64,000 nucleotides of DNA from Octopus vulgaris (lineage: Eukaryota), in assembly GCA_951406725.2 (NCBI GenBank), contig OX597836.1:43462001-43526000 (forward strand), in the 5' to 3' direction. Below are positions 14,790-27,571 of this stretch, in pieces. A program made the translations under genes and the position numbers. Position 1 is the first letter of the stretch. Each line of letters opens with the position of its first letter. The notes beneath the pieces are model-generated. The model did not search any database. It worked only from the letters and a program-made list of their open reading frames with translations, and was not told where the DNA came from.

Positions 14790-15895
14790 AAGTTATTTTA
14801 CTAAATTCTTTGTTATATTTGAAGTAATTGAAAGAAACACAGAGCAGAAACACAGAATAAGTCCTGGGGTAGATTTGCTCGACTAAAGGCGGTGCTCCAG
14901 AATGGCCGCAGTCAAATGACTGAAACGAATAAAAGAGAACTGAGAACTAAGTCATAATGACCTTCTACCTTTGCACTAAATTTATTGCCATCCTCATCGT
15001 TAGCTCTCACCTTGCTGTATACTTCTCTGTACAAGGCTTTTATGGCCTTCACAAGCCATTCATTTGCTCCTAGCTTCCTTAGTGACCACCCGATAACAAC
15101 GGATCAAGAGACCCCGTCAAGAGTTTTCTCTAGGTCAATAAATGCAAAGTCGACTAGCTAAGCACTTCTGCTGTTGTCTCACTAAAAACAGATTATCCAT
15201 AGTACTTTCCTTGGTAAAACTGAAATGCCTTACTTTCATCTACATTAACTCTTTCTTTAATTAAATAAGCCATAAATTTTTATATGACATGCATTATATA
15301 GGCGCAGGAGTGGCTGTGTGGTAAGTAGCTTGCTAACCAACCACATAGTTTCGGGTTCAGTCCCACTGCGTGGCATCTTGGGCAAGTGTCTTCTGCTATA
15401 GCCCCGGGCCGACCAATGCCTTGTGAGTGGATTTGGTAGGCGGAAACTGAAAGAAGCCTGTCGTATATATGTATATATATATAAGTGTGTGTGTATATGT
15501 TTGTCCCCCTAGCATTGCTTGACAACTGATGCTGGTGTGTTTACGTCCCCGTCACTTAGTGGTTCGGCAAAAGAGACCGATAGAATAAGTACTGGGCTTA
15601 CAAAGAATAAGTCCTGGGGTAGATTTGCTTGACTAAAGGCGGTGCTCCAGAATGGCCGCAGTCAAATGACTGAAACAAGTAAAAGATATATATATATATA
15701 TTGGTGATATCATCAATTTTAAAATTTACCCACAGATGATATGAATAGTAAGTAGTGACATCTGATTTCAAATCTCAATGTTTGAATGTTTTGCTTATAA
15801 AATTTTATGCACCATGTGCTCTGTTTTTGGCGCAAAACAAAACCAGTTGCACAGTCAGAGTTTAACGTGACACTTATGGATTATTACCTAGTAGG

Positions 15896-15950
15896 CCACA
15901 CTGACGAGGCTCAGGGTTAAAATACTCAAAGGCCAAAACCTCGTTTGTGG
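15896..15950 (+). ncRNA. Degenerate minimal type-I hammerhead ribozyme (Penelope-type)
   Basis: CCACA-CTGACGA-GGC...GCC-AAAAC-CTC-GTT-TGTGG: stems I and II are present; GAAA->AAAA and GTC->GTT are decayed. Confidence 0.55.
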
Positions 15951-16315
15951 ATATCCCTAATTGCATAATATTTTTATTTGTGCTGTGAAATGTTTTAATC
16001 CTTTCTGTTTTCCTCACGTACTGTTTTTTTCTGTTATCTTGGTGCAGTACGGTGCATGAATTTAAGACTTTAGCTCTTATTTCTAGCAGGTGGATGCTTG
16101 TTAAGCATCCTTACACTTTGTACAAATTTATAATTTGTAGCTATTTAATGCTATTGTGGCTGCAATCCACCCATGTCACTGCTGGTGATATCATCAATTA
16201 TAAAATTTATCCACAGATGATATGAACAGTAGTGACATCTGATTTCAAATCTCAATGTTTGAATGTGTGATTTTTTAACTCCGTCTTCCGTTCCTTGGAT
16301 CTTTCCTTTTCCTAT

Positions 16316-16352
16316 GTTTCTGATGAAGAACTCCGCTCGAAACATTAAATCC
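16316..16352 (+). ncRNA. Degenerate minimal hammerhead-like motif in a Penelope-type LTR
   Basis: GTTT-CTGATGA-AGAACTCCGCTC-GAAAC-ATTAAAT. Confidence 0.45.
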
Positions 16353-16639
16353 TCCTTCTTTCTTTCCTTTCCCGAGCGTCCAATAATACTATAATCGTTC
16401 CATGTCCACACGTTGTTGTGTTTTCTCTTTGTGTATTCATGTTTGGATTAACTATATATATATATACTAGCATTAAAGACCCGTCGTTGCTGGGTCATAG
16501 TGCTAGTGCATGTATATATGTGTACATATTACATGTACATCTATATATATATATATATACATCTACACATAAAATACAAAATACAAAGTTATATCTTGAT
16601 ATCGCTAGTGATAACAATACTCAAAATATATAACAGATT

Positions 16640-16953
16640 GGAATTGTTAGCCCGTCTCTTGTAATTTCGATCAATTGTATCTTGTCCTCCTCTTGTATAG
16701 AAGTGTGGCTACAATCCAGCCTACCTCTACTTCGGGTGGGGGGGTGCATTTAAAATTTTGGGCGGGGACATCCTACGTCCCTGATATAAAGGTAAAAATA
16801 AAATATTTCCACTTTGCAAGTTTGAGTCGAGTACTCCCTTGCACGCTCCGTTGACTTGAACCTTGCTTCTATTGTGGCGAATTTACCGCCTCTGATTAGA
16901 TACTTTTCATAGTCGCACCAAGACACTTTTTGAAGGTGCTTTCCTCCATGTTG
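16640..16953 (-). pseudogene. Decayed fourth ORF1 (ORF1-D), downstream part
   Basis: Fragments NMEESTFKKCLGA / YLIRGGKFATIEARF / PPEVEVGWIVATLL match ORF1-B EIEKCLGD..RGKKFGTVEVR..PPEVKTEWL. Confidence 0.75.
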
Positions 16954-17197
16954 TTTTATTATTACCCACAAGGGGCGAACACAGATGGGACAATACATTC
17001 TGATGATGGGGTCAGACAAACGAATGGGTTTTTACAATAAATCGGGTTTAAAAATTTTCATGAATAACAATAAATGGACAAAAATCGAGTGATAGGACAG
17101 ACCGGAAGACATTACGGGTGGAGTGGGTGCGGGTTTAGCTCGGACCCCACGAGCCCCGCCTCCCCACTGATACTTTTGGTTGCACTTGGTATTACAT

Positions 17198-20100
17198 TTA
17201 TGTTGTAACTTTCATTCGCAACTTCCGTGCTACATCCTTCCATCGTTCTTCATACGCTCTCCTAGTCAGGCATATTCTCTCCAGCCCTATCTTCCTTTTC
17301 AGGTGAAAGATGAAATAATTCATCAAACCAGGGCCGGAGATGAACTTGCCTGACTGTAAACCTTTCATTCTCGTCTTCCATATCACCTCTTTCGCGATTG
17401 CTACTACAACGAGAAAACGAAACTTACCTTCATTCACGAGGAAATCCGGTGGGTCAATTTTTGTAATCGACTCAGTCGACAGCTGTACTCTTCGTGTACC
17501 TGACAACAGGTGTTCGGCATAAACCCACACCTCAGACACGTCCGGACAATGAACAATCGCGTGCGGGACGGTTTCCCTATCCCGCCCGCATCTTGGACAT
17601 ATCGGACTGTCTTGGCCACCGTGCCTTGCGAGTTTATCCCGAACAGGTAGAGCTCCTCTGTAGCATTGCCATGCCAGAGACTTCTGGAAGTTGTCCAGTG
17701 TCCTTGGCTCGAACGTACGTCGGAACAGACTGGCCAGCTGATTATCGTCGAGACCTAGGGTTTCCCCCAAGGTATCTTCACATTCCGCCTCTACCAACCC
17801 TCTATAGAAGAAAGTGGTGGAACCCCCACCGCAGGCGTTGCCCGAGCGACGGAATAGCAGGAGAGCCTTGCGACACTCCGTGTACCAAGTACCAAGTTTC
17901 GATCTACGATTCAGCCAGGTTTCCCATCCACCGAAACTAGTGAACTTGGGAAACATCAGTTTTGCTAGCGAAGACCACACCCGTTCACCATCCAGGTAGA
18001 GCCACAGATGTCTTAACCTCAGCGCATGTCTGCGCATCATCAGCCAAGGCATCCCTAGCCCACCCTTTAACGGTTGTTGACAGCAAGTAGAGCGTTTCAC
18101 AAGTGGTTTCCCGCCCTTCCACAAGAAGTAGAAGAGCTGTCTTTCCAACTTGATCAACCACGAATCAGGGCAAGGAACGACGGAAAGGCGGTAGGTGATA
18201 ACCGATGCGATAAACACATTGGCCACCTCCGCCCTCCCTTTCAGGGATAGCCACCGCCAAGACCAGGTCTTGGCTACTGCAGCCACCTTGCTCGTTACCT
18301 CGCCCCAATTCTTCTCTATTTGGAGGTCTGGACCGAACCAGACCCCTAGCAGTTTAATCGGACCCTCCGTCCAACGTCCCACGACGCTGTCAGGAGGCAT
18401 CGACTTGCCTCTCCAGGTGCCGAGTTGCAAGCCGACTGACTTTTCGCGATTAACTTTTGCTCCTGTCACCGTCTCGTACACCTCTATGGCCTTGCCTACT
18501 TTACATAGGTGGTCCATTTCGGTTACGATGATGGTGATGTCATCCGCGTACGCTGACACTGATTTTCCATTACCTGGCTGTCTCGGGATGCCGCTCAGTT
18601 TTCGCAGTAATGGCTCAAGAGCCATCACGTACAAAAGCGGGGAGAGCGGACACCCTTGACGAACCGAGCGTTTGATTTTGAACGGCTTCGACAAGAAGCC
18701 GTTCACCCGAACTACCGAGTCGATGTTATCATAAATTTCGATAATCCACCTGAGGAATCCAAGGCTCAGCCCGAACTGTGCCAGGGCAGATACCAGGTAA
18801 CGATGGTCGACCCTATCAAAAGCTTTAGATTGGTCTAAATGGACCAGTGCCCCACCCTTGCCAGAATCACTATTAAACCCCTCTATAGTGTACCGCATTA
18901 GATGGAGATTATCCTGAATGGATCTGCCCGGAACGGCACATGTCTGTGCCCCTCCGATCAGACCATCCGCGACACGCGCCAATCTTTTCGATAACACTTT
19001 GGCCAAAATCTTCAACTCTGTGTTTAGCAGAGTGATGGGCCTGAAATTATCAATGCACTCCCCTTGCTCGGGTCCTTTCTGACGAGAGTCACTACTCCCC
19101 GGCGCACAGATCTGGGTATAAGCCCGTTCTGCTGCCAGTTCGCGTAGACCTCCGCCAGTAGGTGCCCGAACAAGTCTGGCATACTCTTATATAACTCATA
19201 GGGTAGACCATCCAAACCCGGCGCCTTGCCCGCGCCGCAGTCCGCCATTGCCTCAACCACCTCCTCAGGCGTGATTGGCCCTTCACAGCCCTCCGCATCT
19301 CGCCCCGATAAGCGCGGCAGACCGTCGAGTAGGTCCGTAAAGGCCCTCCTCCTATCCAGTCCGCCGCACTCACCGAAAAGCTGAGCGAAGTGCTCCTGAA
19401 AGGCCTCACACATCTCCTCGGGTTCGTTTATCAACTCACCTTGTTGGTTCGTCAAAGATCGAATCGTGGCATCGTTACCATGCTGAGCTTCCACCACTCG
19501 GGCCCATCTCACGGCGTTGATTCCTTCACATCCCATATGACGGATTCTAGCCCTGACAATGCAGCCCATGTGTTTGGCCTCGAGGTGCTGGTTTAACACC
19601 AGTCTCTTGGCCGCCACCTGAGCCGCAGAGCCAGTTTTCATGGCTTCCTCTAATTCCTTAACTAGAGTAGTTTCCCTTCTAGCCTCTCTAGCCACTACTC
19701 CTATGCTATATCTAATAGACTCAAACTTGATGGCTCGTTTGAGGGCGTACCACCATTTGTTATTAATGATGGTACCAGATAGTGCCCTCTGAATTATATT
19801 CCTAATCCGGTCTTTGTACTCCTTAATCGCCAAAAGGGACGTATTAAGTTTCCAGTAACCGGATCCTCTATTTTTAACCTTGTCAAGCTTACAAGTGACC
19901 ATTTTATGATCACTGTAGCTGATCGGGTAAAACTGTGGACACTTAGCTATTTTACTGTCTACTTTTCTAATTAGTATTCTATCTAGATACGACCTGGAAG
20001 ATCCGTCGCTGTTTGACCATGTCCACAATGGAGCGTTCGGAAATTCCAGCCTATAAGGATCTGCTAGCTCAAAGCGGCTTAGCAGTTCCATGAAGCCACT

Positions 20101-20586
20101 GTTGCCTTTTCTATCTGGACACGAGCCAACATAATCTACATCCGCTTTGCAAATTGTGTTAAAGTCTCCTAGCACCACTAATGAATGCGAAGTACCAAGA
20201 AAGTTTTCTAGTTCACGAAAATAATCACTTTGCCCTGTATGGTTGGGTGCGTAAATTGCAACCAGTCTGATAACTTTACCATTACTGAACGTCAAATCCA
20301 TGACGACCAGCCTACCTTCTGGATCTGCAAAAATTAACTTTTTCTCAGAAACCCGGTTTCTTTTTAATAGGACCAACACCCCACTCCCGCCTGTAGGACT
20401 GCCAGGAGAGAAAAAACTCTCGTAGCCGTCAAACAGCGGGAGTAGACCTCTTGGCCCCTCTAGCCGGGTTTCTGTAGCAACAATAACATCTAAATTACGC
20501 GACCTGATATCATGCAGGAAGCGACCTTGCTTCCAGCCTGCTCCCAGGCCGCGCACATTTAAACAACCAACATAAATGTAATCCAT
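17198..20586 (-). CDS. ORF2: APE endonuclease / reverse transcriptase / zinc finger (about 1129 aa if one frameshift is corrected)
   Basis: CLNVRGL, ETR, GDFN, SYLDRIL, SDHK (APE); LDQSKAFDRV, RQGCPLSP, YADD (RT); CPRC...HAIVHC. One 1-bp loss in a G run at ~19060-19063; restoring it reads KG-ECIDNFRPITLLNTELKILAK. Confidence 0.92.
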
Positions 20587-20595
20587 TACTTACCT

Positions 20596-21997
20596 TTATA
20601 TCAGTGGTTCGGTTTTTTCTTCTTCTTCCTTCTCTTTTTCTGGGCCTCGTGGGGGAGTCTGACGTAGGCCCTCGAATATATGTGGAGATGTTACATCCAA
20701 CCTAAGTGGGCCTACGTCATGGAAGAAATCTGACTTTATCCGCCCGTAATCCTTCCGGTCTATTTTGTAAATTGCAAAGTCATTTTTTTCTCTACTCTCT
20801 TCACATTGGCCATGGCTGCCAACACGTTTCCGAGTCTGCTATTTGATGCTTTTACGGCCATATATGAGTTTATTGACTCTTTTTTCTTTTTTAAAATTAC
20901 TCTGGGAGGGGTGGTTTCCGTTTTTCTTTTTTTTTTTCCGATAATTTTTGCCCACCCCTCCTCATTTATCTTTTCCTCGCTCTTTTTTTCTCCGCCGCTG
21001 GTTCTGCTGTTACCATCACCTCCACACCTTCAGTCTTCCCTTCTGGGCCGTCTGACGCTGCTTCTGGTGACACATTGTCTTCTTTTCCTTTTGGCTTAGG
21101 TGCTTCCTGCGGTTTGGGTTGGGGCTGGCATTCCGCCCTTACATGCCCCTTCTTACCGCAGCCGAAGCACCTCGGCTTTCTGCCCTCTACGAAGACTGTG
21201 ACTCTTTCATCTTCGCTTATCCTAAGAGTCTCTGGGATCTCTTCCAGGGTTTGTACTTCTGCTTGTATGGCTATTATTATCTTTTGCCCTTTCCAGAATT
21301 CTTCTTCTTCTACGGTGGCCTGGAGGATGTTTATTTTTTCCTCCAGGCCTACCATAACTGCTGCCACTAGGACTTCGGCATCCGCTTCTGGCGGGATGTT
21401 GTTCATAGTGATTTTGGAAGTTCTCTTGCCTTTATACAGGGGTAGGAGAACAATATCCTCTGCTTTTATGGGTTCCATGGATAGCTTCTTCGCTACCTCC
21501 TCTGACGTGAATCTCACCTCCACTGTGCCGTATTTCTTCCCTCGATTGATATACGTAATTTTGTCCATTATTGGCTTTAAGCAGTTTTCAATCTTTTTCT
21601 CCTCTATTTTTTGGATTGCTCTGTTTGTTATACTGAATGTCTTATAGATTATTCTCCTATTCGAAATATCCTCTTGTATTTTGGCGTTTGAAGCCACGGT
21701 TACTTCTGTGCCCTCTTTTGACACACAGTCTGCATGTTTTCCCAGGTTGTCCACGTTAATTTTTTTAATTTTCTTCCCAGCCACTTCAGCGAATTTTTTT
21801 GCTGGAGTTGATGCTGGTACTGGTTTTACCATTTTCTTGGGCGACGCCGCCTCTTTTTTCTTCGGCGACAGCGCCTCTTTTTTCCTTGGCGACAACGCCT
21901 CTTTTTTACTTGGCGACAATGCCTCTTTTTTACTTGGCGACAACGCCGGGTATTCATCCTCGCTCGTCACGGGCGAATAAGTGATGGGGGACTCCAT
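20596..21997 (-). CDS. ORF1-A: RRM-like + CCHC zinc-knuckle RNA-binding protein (about 467 aa after two homopolymer corrections)
   Basis: ATG at 21997 (MESPITY); VEGRKPRCFGCGKKGHVRAEC knuckle; frame resumes after A-run indels (~20985, ~20785) and ends ...KTEPLI* 9 nt before the ORF2 ATG. Confidence 0.85.
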
Positions 21998-22228
21998 TTT
22001 GAACAAATGGCTTTAACAAGCCTTTGGTAATCTAAATTGATTGTAGTTTTCCCCCACTGAGGGGGGAACACCAACGCGAAGTCTTCGCGCGAAGGTTGAC
22101 TTCGTCAGTTAGACAACAATGGACAAAAAAAGGTAGACCAACAGTATATAATAACAGAGATAAGTAGTATGAGAGCAAAAATATATATCAACTTACTACT
22201 AACGCAAAAAATTGATTTCCTCCAGGTG

Positions 22229-24011
22229 ATTTTATTACTACCCACAAGGGGCGAACATAGAGGGGACAATACAATCGGGGAACTTAAAATAAGAAAGCGA
22301 AATGACAAGAAGGGAAAAAATAAAAATAAAAATGACAAATGAAAGAATATTTACAATGAGATGCAAATGCCCACTCGATCCCCGGAATCGAGAGGTTACA
22401 TTTTCGTCACATATAGTTCACAATTTTTTTTTTCTTTTTTCTCTTCTTTCTTCTCTCTCCTCTCACAATCTCACACGTATTCCATAATACTTTTCAAGTC
22501 TCTAAAGTCAATCACTGAGCCCTCAGGCAGCCGCTCTTTCACTCGAACACCCGTGTAAAAAATTACACTCTCTCCAGCTGCTCTGAGGAACTCAGCGACT
22601 CTTTCTTCGGGGATCAGAGCAGTCTCCTGCCACTGATCAGTCATCCTGTTGACCCACACATGTCCCTCCATACTACATGTCAATTCCTTCATTTCGGGGC
22701 TGAAATGGAAGGTTATTAACTTGTAGTAATCTTGTTTCCGTCCTACGTTTTCTCTCGTTTTTCTTTTCGGGCTTACTTCTTCCTTGTTCTCCTCTCTTTG
22801 TTTCTCTCTTTCTCTCTTTTTGCCTTCTTTTCTTTCTTCTTCCTTCTCTTGTCTTTTTGGTTCTTTGTCTGTTCTCTCTTTCTCTCGTGTTTTATGTTCC
22901 TTTTCTTTTTCTTTTTGTGTGCCGTCTTTTCTTTTCGTTTGATTCTGTTCTCTCTCTTGTTTTTTTCCTGTTGTTTCTTTTTCCTTTTTCTTTTCCTGAC
23001 TCTGTTTTGGTTCTATTTCTTTCTTTTCTTTTATTTCTTTTTCCTTCGTTGACTTATTATTTCCTTTCTCTTGTTGTTTTGTCTCCTTTTCTATGTTTTC
23101 TTTTTCATTTACCGTATTCTTCTTTTCTTCAGTTTCCTTCTCATACTCCGCCATGAATTCATATAACGGGCACTCTTTTTTAATGTGCCCCCTTGTCCCG
23201 CACAAGTAGCAGTTTGGCTTTCTTCCCTCTACAATTACACTGAGGGTTTTCTCGTCTTCGATTTCTATTCTATAGGGGAACCTTTCAATGTCCTCTTTTG
23301 TGGCCATCAAACACAGTTCTACCCCATATCCTCTCCAATTTACTGCGTTGGACTCCTTAAAGGATTCCACCTCCACTTCCTCTTCTGCTGCTCCTAGAAT
23401 AGCTGTTGCCAGCCATTCTGTTTTTACTTCTGGGGGTATATTCGGGATTTTAACCCGGACCCCTCTTCTTCCCTTGTATGAGGGCCACATTATAAATGTT
23501 TCCGCTCTTAGAACAGTGGTAGCCAGTGAGGCTGCAATTTCTTCCGTTGCACATCTCACCTCCACCGTACCAAATTTTTTTCCTCTACTCACGTAGGTCG
23601 ATTTATCCATTATGTCTCCCAGACATTTTTCGATCTCTGCTATCTCCACTCTTGCCAGTTTCTTTGTACTTTTGTCCTGGGTTCTATACGTTACAGTTTT
23701 GTTTTCTTTGTCCTCTTTTGCTTTCGCGGGGGGATTAGCTTCACGCTATCACCCTCCCTTTTGAATAGTTTTTCATATTCCTTGAGTTTACTCTTCTCAA
23801 AGAAGACATCCTTCACGATTATTGCCGAATCATTATTATTCTTTCCCGTGACCCCCGCGTAAGTCGCCATGACTAGAGGGTCAATTCACCTTCTTCGGAA
23901 GGTTTCCAAACGTGGAGGCAAATGCCTCGCGCGATATTAATCACTTTACACAACAAAATTTCAACGTCTAATCACAGATAACAACACACGTGGGTAAATT
24001 TCCTCGATGTG
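22229..24011 (-). mobile_element. ORF1-only retroelement unit B1 (ORF 22471-23870)
   Basis: MATYAGVT...CYLCGTRGHIKKEC...; own 5' UTR; 3' tail TTGTCCCCTCTATGTTCGCCCCTTGTGGGTAGTAATAAAAT; no ORF2; frameshift in a G6 run at ~23730. Confidence 0.88.
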
Positions 24012-25790
24012 ATTTTATTACTACCCACAAGGGGCGAACATAGAGGGGACAATACAATCGGGGAACTTAAAATAAGAAAGCGAAATGACAAGAAGGGAAA
24101 AAATAAAAATAAAAATGACAAATGAAAGAATATTTACAATGAGATGCAAATGCCCACTCGATCCCCGGAATCGAGAGGTTACATTTTCGTCACATATAGT
24201 TCACAATTTTTTTTTTCTTTTTTCTCTTCTTTCTTCTCTCTCCTCTCACAATCTCACACGTATTCCATAATACCTTTCAAGTCTCTAAAGTCAATCACTG
24301 AGCCCTCAGGCAGCCGCTCTTTCACTCGAACACCCGTGTAAAAAATTACACTCTCTCCAGCTGCTCTGAGGAACTCAGCGACTCTTTCTTCGGGGATCAG
24401 AGCAGTCTCCTGCCACTGATCAGTCATCCTGTTGACCCACACATGTCCCTCCATACTACATGTCAATTCCTTCATTTCGGGGCTGAAATGGAAGGTTATT
24501 AACTTGTAGTAATCTTGTTTCCGTCCTACGTTTTCTCTCGTTTTTCTTTTCGGGCTTACTTCTTCCTTGTTCTCCTCTCTTTGTTTCTCTCTTTCTCTCT
24601 TTTTGCCTTCTTTTCTTTCTTCTTCCTTCTCTTGTCTTTTTGGTTCTTTGTCTGTTCTCTCTTTCTCTCGTGTTTTATGTTCCTTTTCTTTTTCTTTTTG
24701 TGTGCCGTCTTTTCTTTTCGTTTGGTTCTGTTCTCTCTCTTGTTTTTTTCCTGTTGTTTCTTTTTCCTTTTTCTTTTCCTGACTCTGTTTTGGTTCTATT
24801 TCTTTCTTTTCTTTTATTTCTTTTTCCTTCGTTGACTTATTATTTCCTTTCTCTTGTTGTTTTGTCTCCTTTTCTATGTTTTCTTTTTCATTTACCGTAT
24901 TCTTCTTTTCTTCAATTTCCTTCTCATACTCCGCCATGAATTCATATAACGGGCACTCTTTTTTAATGTGCCCCCTTGTCCCGCACAAGTAGCAGTTTGG
25001 CTTTCTTCCCTCTACAATTACACTGAGGGTTTTCTCGTCTTCGATTTCTATTCTATAGGGGAACCTTTCAATGTCCTCTTTTGTGGCCATCAAACACAGT
25101 TCTACCCCATATCCTCTCCAATTTACTGCGTTGGACTCCTTAAAGGATTCCACCTCCACTTCCTCTTCTGCTGCTCCTAGAATAGCTGTTGCCAGCCATT
25201 CTGTTTTTACTTCTGGGGGTATATTCGGGATTTTAACCCGGACCCCTCTTCTTCCCTTGTATGAGGGCCACATTATAAATGTTTCCGCTCTTAGAACAGT
25301 GGTAGCCAGTGAGGCTGCAATTTCTTCCGTTGCACATCTCACCTCCACCGTACCAAATTTTTTTCCTCTACTCACGTAGGTCGATTTATCCATTATGTCT
25401 CCCAGACATTTTTCGATCTCTGCTATCTCCACTCTTGCCAGTTTCTTTGTACTTTTGTCCTGGGTTCTATACGTTACAGTTTTGTTTTCTTTGTCCTCCT
25501 TTGCTTTCGCGGGGGGATTAGCTTCACGCTATCACCCTCCCTTTTGAATAGCTTTTCATATTCTTTGATTTTACTTTTCTCAAAGAAAACATCCTTCACG
25601 ATTATTGCCGAATCATTATTATTCTTTCCCGTGACCCCCGCGTAAGTCGCCATGACTAGAGGGTCAATTCACCTTCTTCTGAAGGTTTCCAAACGTGGAG
25701 GCAAACGCCTCGCGCGATATTAATCACTTTACACAACAAAATTTCAACTTCTAATCACAGATAACAACACTTGGAGATTTCCTCCATGTG
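24012..25790 (-). mobile_element. ORF1-only unit B2 (ORF 24254-25653)
   Basis: Near-identical tandem copy of B1. Confidence 0.88.
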
Positions 25791-27571
25791 ATTTTATTAC
25801 TACCCACAAGGGGCGAACATAGAGGGGACAATACAATCGGGGAACTTAAAATAAGAAAGCGAAATGACAAGAAGGGAAAAAATAAAAATAAAAATGACAA
25901 ATGAAAGAATATTTACAATGAGATGCAAATGCCCACTCGATCCCCGGAATCGAGAGGTTACATTTTCGTCACATATAGTTCACAATTTTTTTTTTCTTTT
26001 TTTCTTCTTTCTTCTCTCTCCTCTCACAATCTCACACGTATTCCATAATACTTTTCAAGTCTCTAAAGTCAATCACTGAGCCCTCAGGCAGCCGCTCTTT
26101 CACTCGAACACCCGTGTAAAAAATTACACTCTCTCCAGCTGCTCTGAGGAACTCAGCGACTCTTTCTTCGGGGATCAGAGCAGTCTCCTGCCACTGATCA
26201 GTCATCCTGTTGACCCACACATGTCCCTCCATACTACATGTCAATTCCTTCATTTCGGGGCTGAAATGGAAGGTTATTAACTTGTAGTAATCTTGTTTCC
26301 GTCCTACGTTTTCTCTCGTTTTTCTTTTCGGGCTTACTTCTTCCTTGTTCTCCTCTCTTTGTTTCTCTCTTTCTCTCTTTTTGCCTTCTTTTCTTTCTTC
26401 TTCCTTCTCTTGTCTTTTTGGTTCTTTGTCTGTTCTCTCTTTCTCTCGTGTTTTATGTTCCTTTTCTTTTTCTTTTTGTGTGCCGTCTTTTCTTTTCGTT
26501 TGATTCTGTTCTCTCTCTTGTTTTTTTCCTGTTGTTTCTTTTTCCTTTTTCTTTTCCTGACTCTGTTTTGGTTCTATTTCTTTCTTTTCTTTTATTTCTT
26601 TTTCCTTCGTTGACTTATTATTTCCTTTCTCTTGTTGTTTTGTCTCCTTTTCTATGTTTTCTTTTTCATTTACCGTATTCTTCTTTTCTTCAATTTCCTT
26701 CTCATACTCCGCCATGAATTCATATAACGGGCACTCTTTTTTAATGTGCCCCCTTGTCCCGCACAAGTAGCAGTTTGGCTTTCTTCCCTCTACAATTACA
26801 CTGAGGGTTTTCTCGTCTTCGATTTCTATTCTATAGGGGAACCTTTCAATGTCCTCTTTTGTGGCCATCAAACACAGTTCTACCCCATATCCTCTCCAAT
26901 TTACTGCGTTGGACTCCTTAAAGGATTCCACCTCCACTTCCTCTTCTGCTGCTCCTAGAATAGCTGTTGCCAGCCATTCTGTTTTTACTTCTGGGGGTAT
27001 ATTCGGGATTTTAACCCGGACCCCTCTTCTTCCCTTGTATGAGGGCCACATTATAAATGTTTCCGCTCTTAGAACAGTGGTAGCCAGTGAGGCTGCAATT
27101 TCTTCCGTTGCACATCTCACCTCCACCGTACCAAATTTTTTCCTCTACTCACGTAGGTCGATTTATCCATTATGTCTCCCAGACATTTTTCGATCTCTGC
27201 TATCTCCACTCTTGCCAGTTTCTTTGTACTTTTGTCCTGGGTTCTATACGTTACAGTTTTGTTTTCCTTGTCCTCCTTTGCTTTCACGGGGGGGATTAGC
27301 TTCACGCTATCACCCTCCCTTTTGAATAGCTTTTCATATTCTTTGATTTTGCTTTTCTCAAAGAAAACATCCTTCACGATTATTGCTGAATCATTATTAT
27401 TCTTTCCCGTGACCCCCGCGTAAGTCGCCATGACTAGAGGGTCAATTCACCTTCTTCTGAAGGTTTCCAAACGTGGAGGCAAACGCCTCGCGCGATATTA
27501 ATCACTTTACACAACAAAATTTCAACTGTCTAATCACAGATAACAACACGCAAATAGATTTCCTCCAGGTG
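25791..27571 (-). mobile_element. ORF1-only unit B3 (ORF 26032-27431)
   Basis: Near-identical copy. Its G7 run keeps the N-terminus in frame; it has a frameshift in a T run at ~27135 instead. Confidence 0.88.

Larger units (their letters stand above)
16954..22228 (-). mobile_element. Full-length Tx1/L1-clade non-LTR retrotransposon (unit A)
   Basis: 5' UTR, CCHC-knuckle ORF1, ORF2 with APE endonuclease + RT + C-terminal CCHC, 3' UTR ending GCCCCTTGTGGGTAATAATAAAA. Confidence 0.93.

Noticed and set aside
22215-22250. Junction motif as a U1/U2 snRNA or spliced-leader target
   Set aside because: No match to the U1 or U2 sequences as I recall them; the motif is better explained by the SINE-shared tail and the ORF1-D site. 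Not database-checked.
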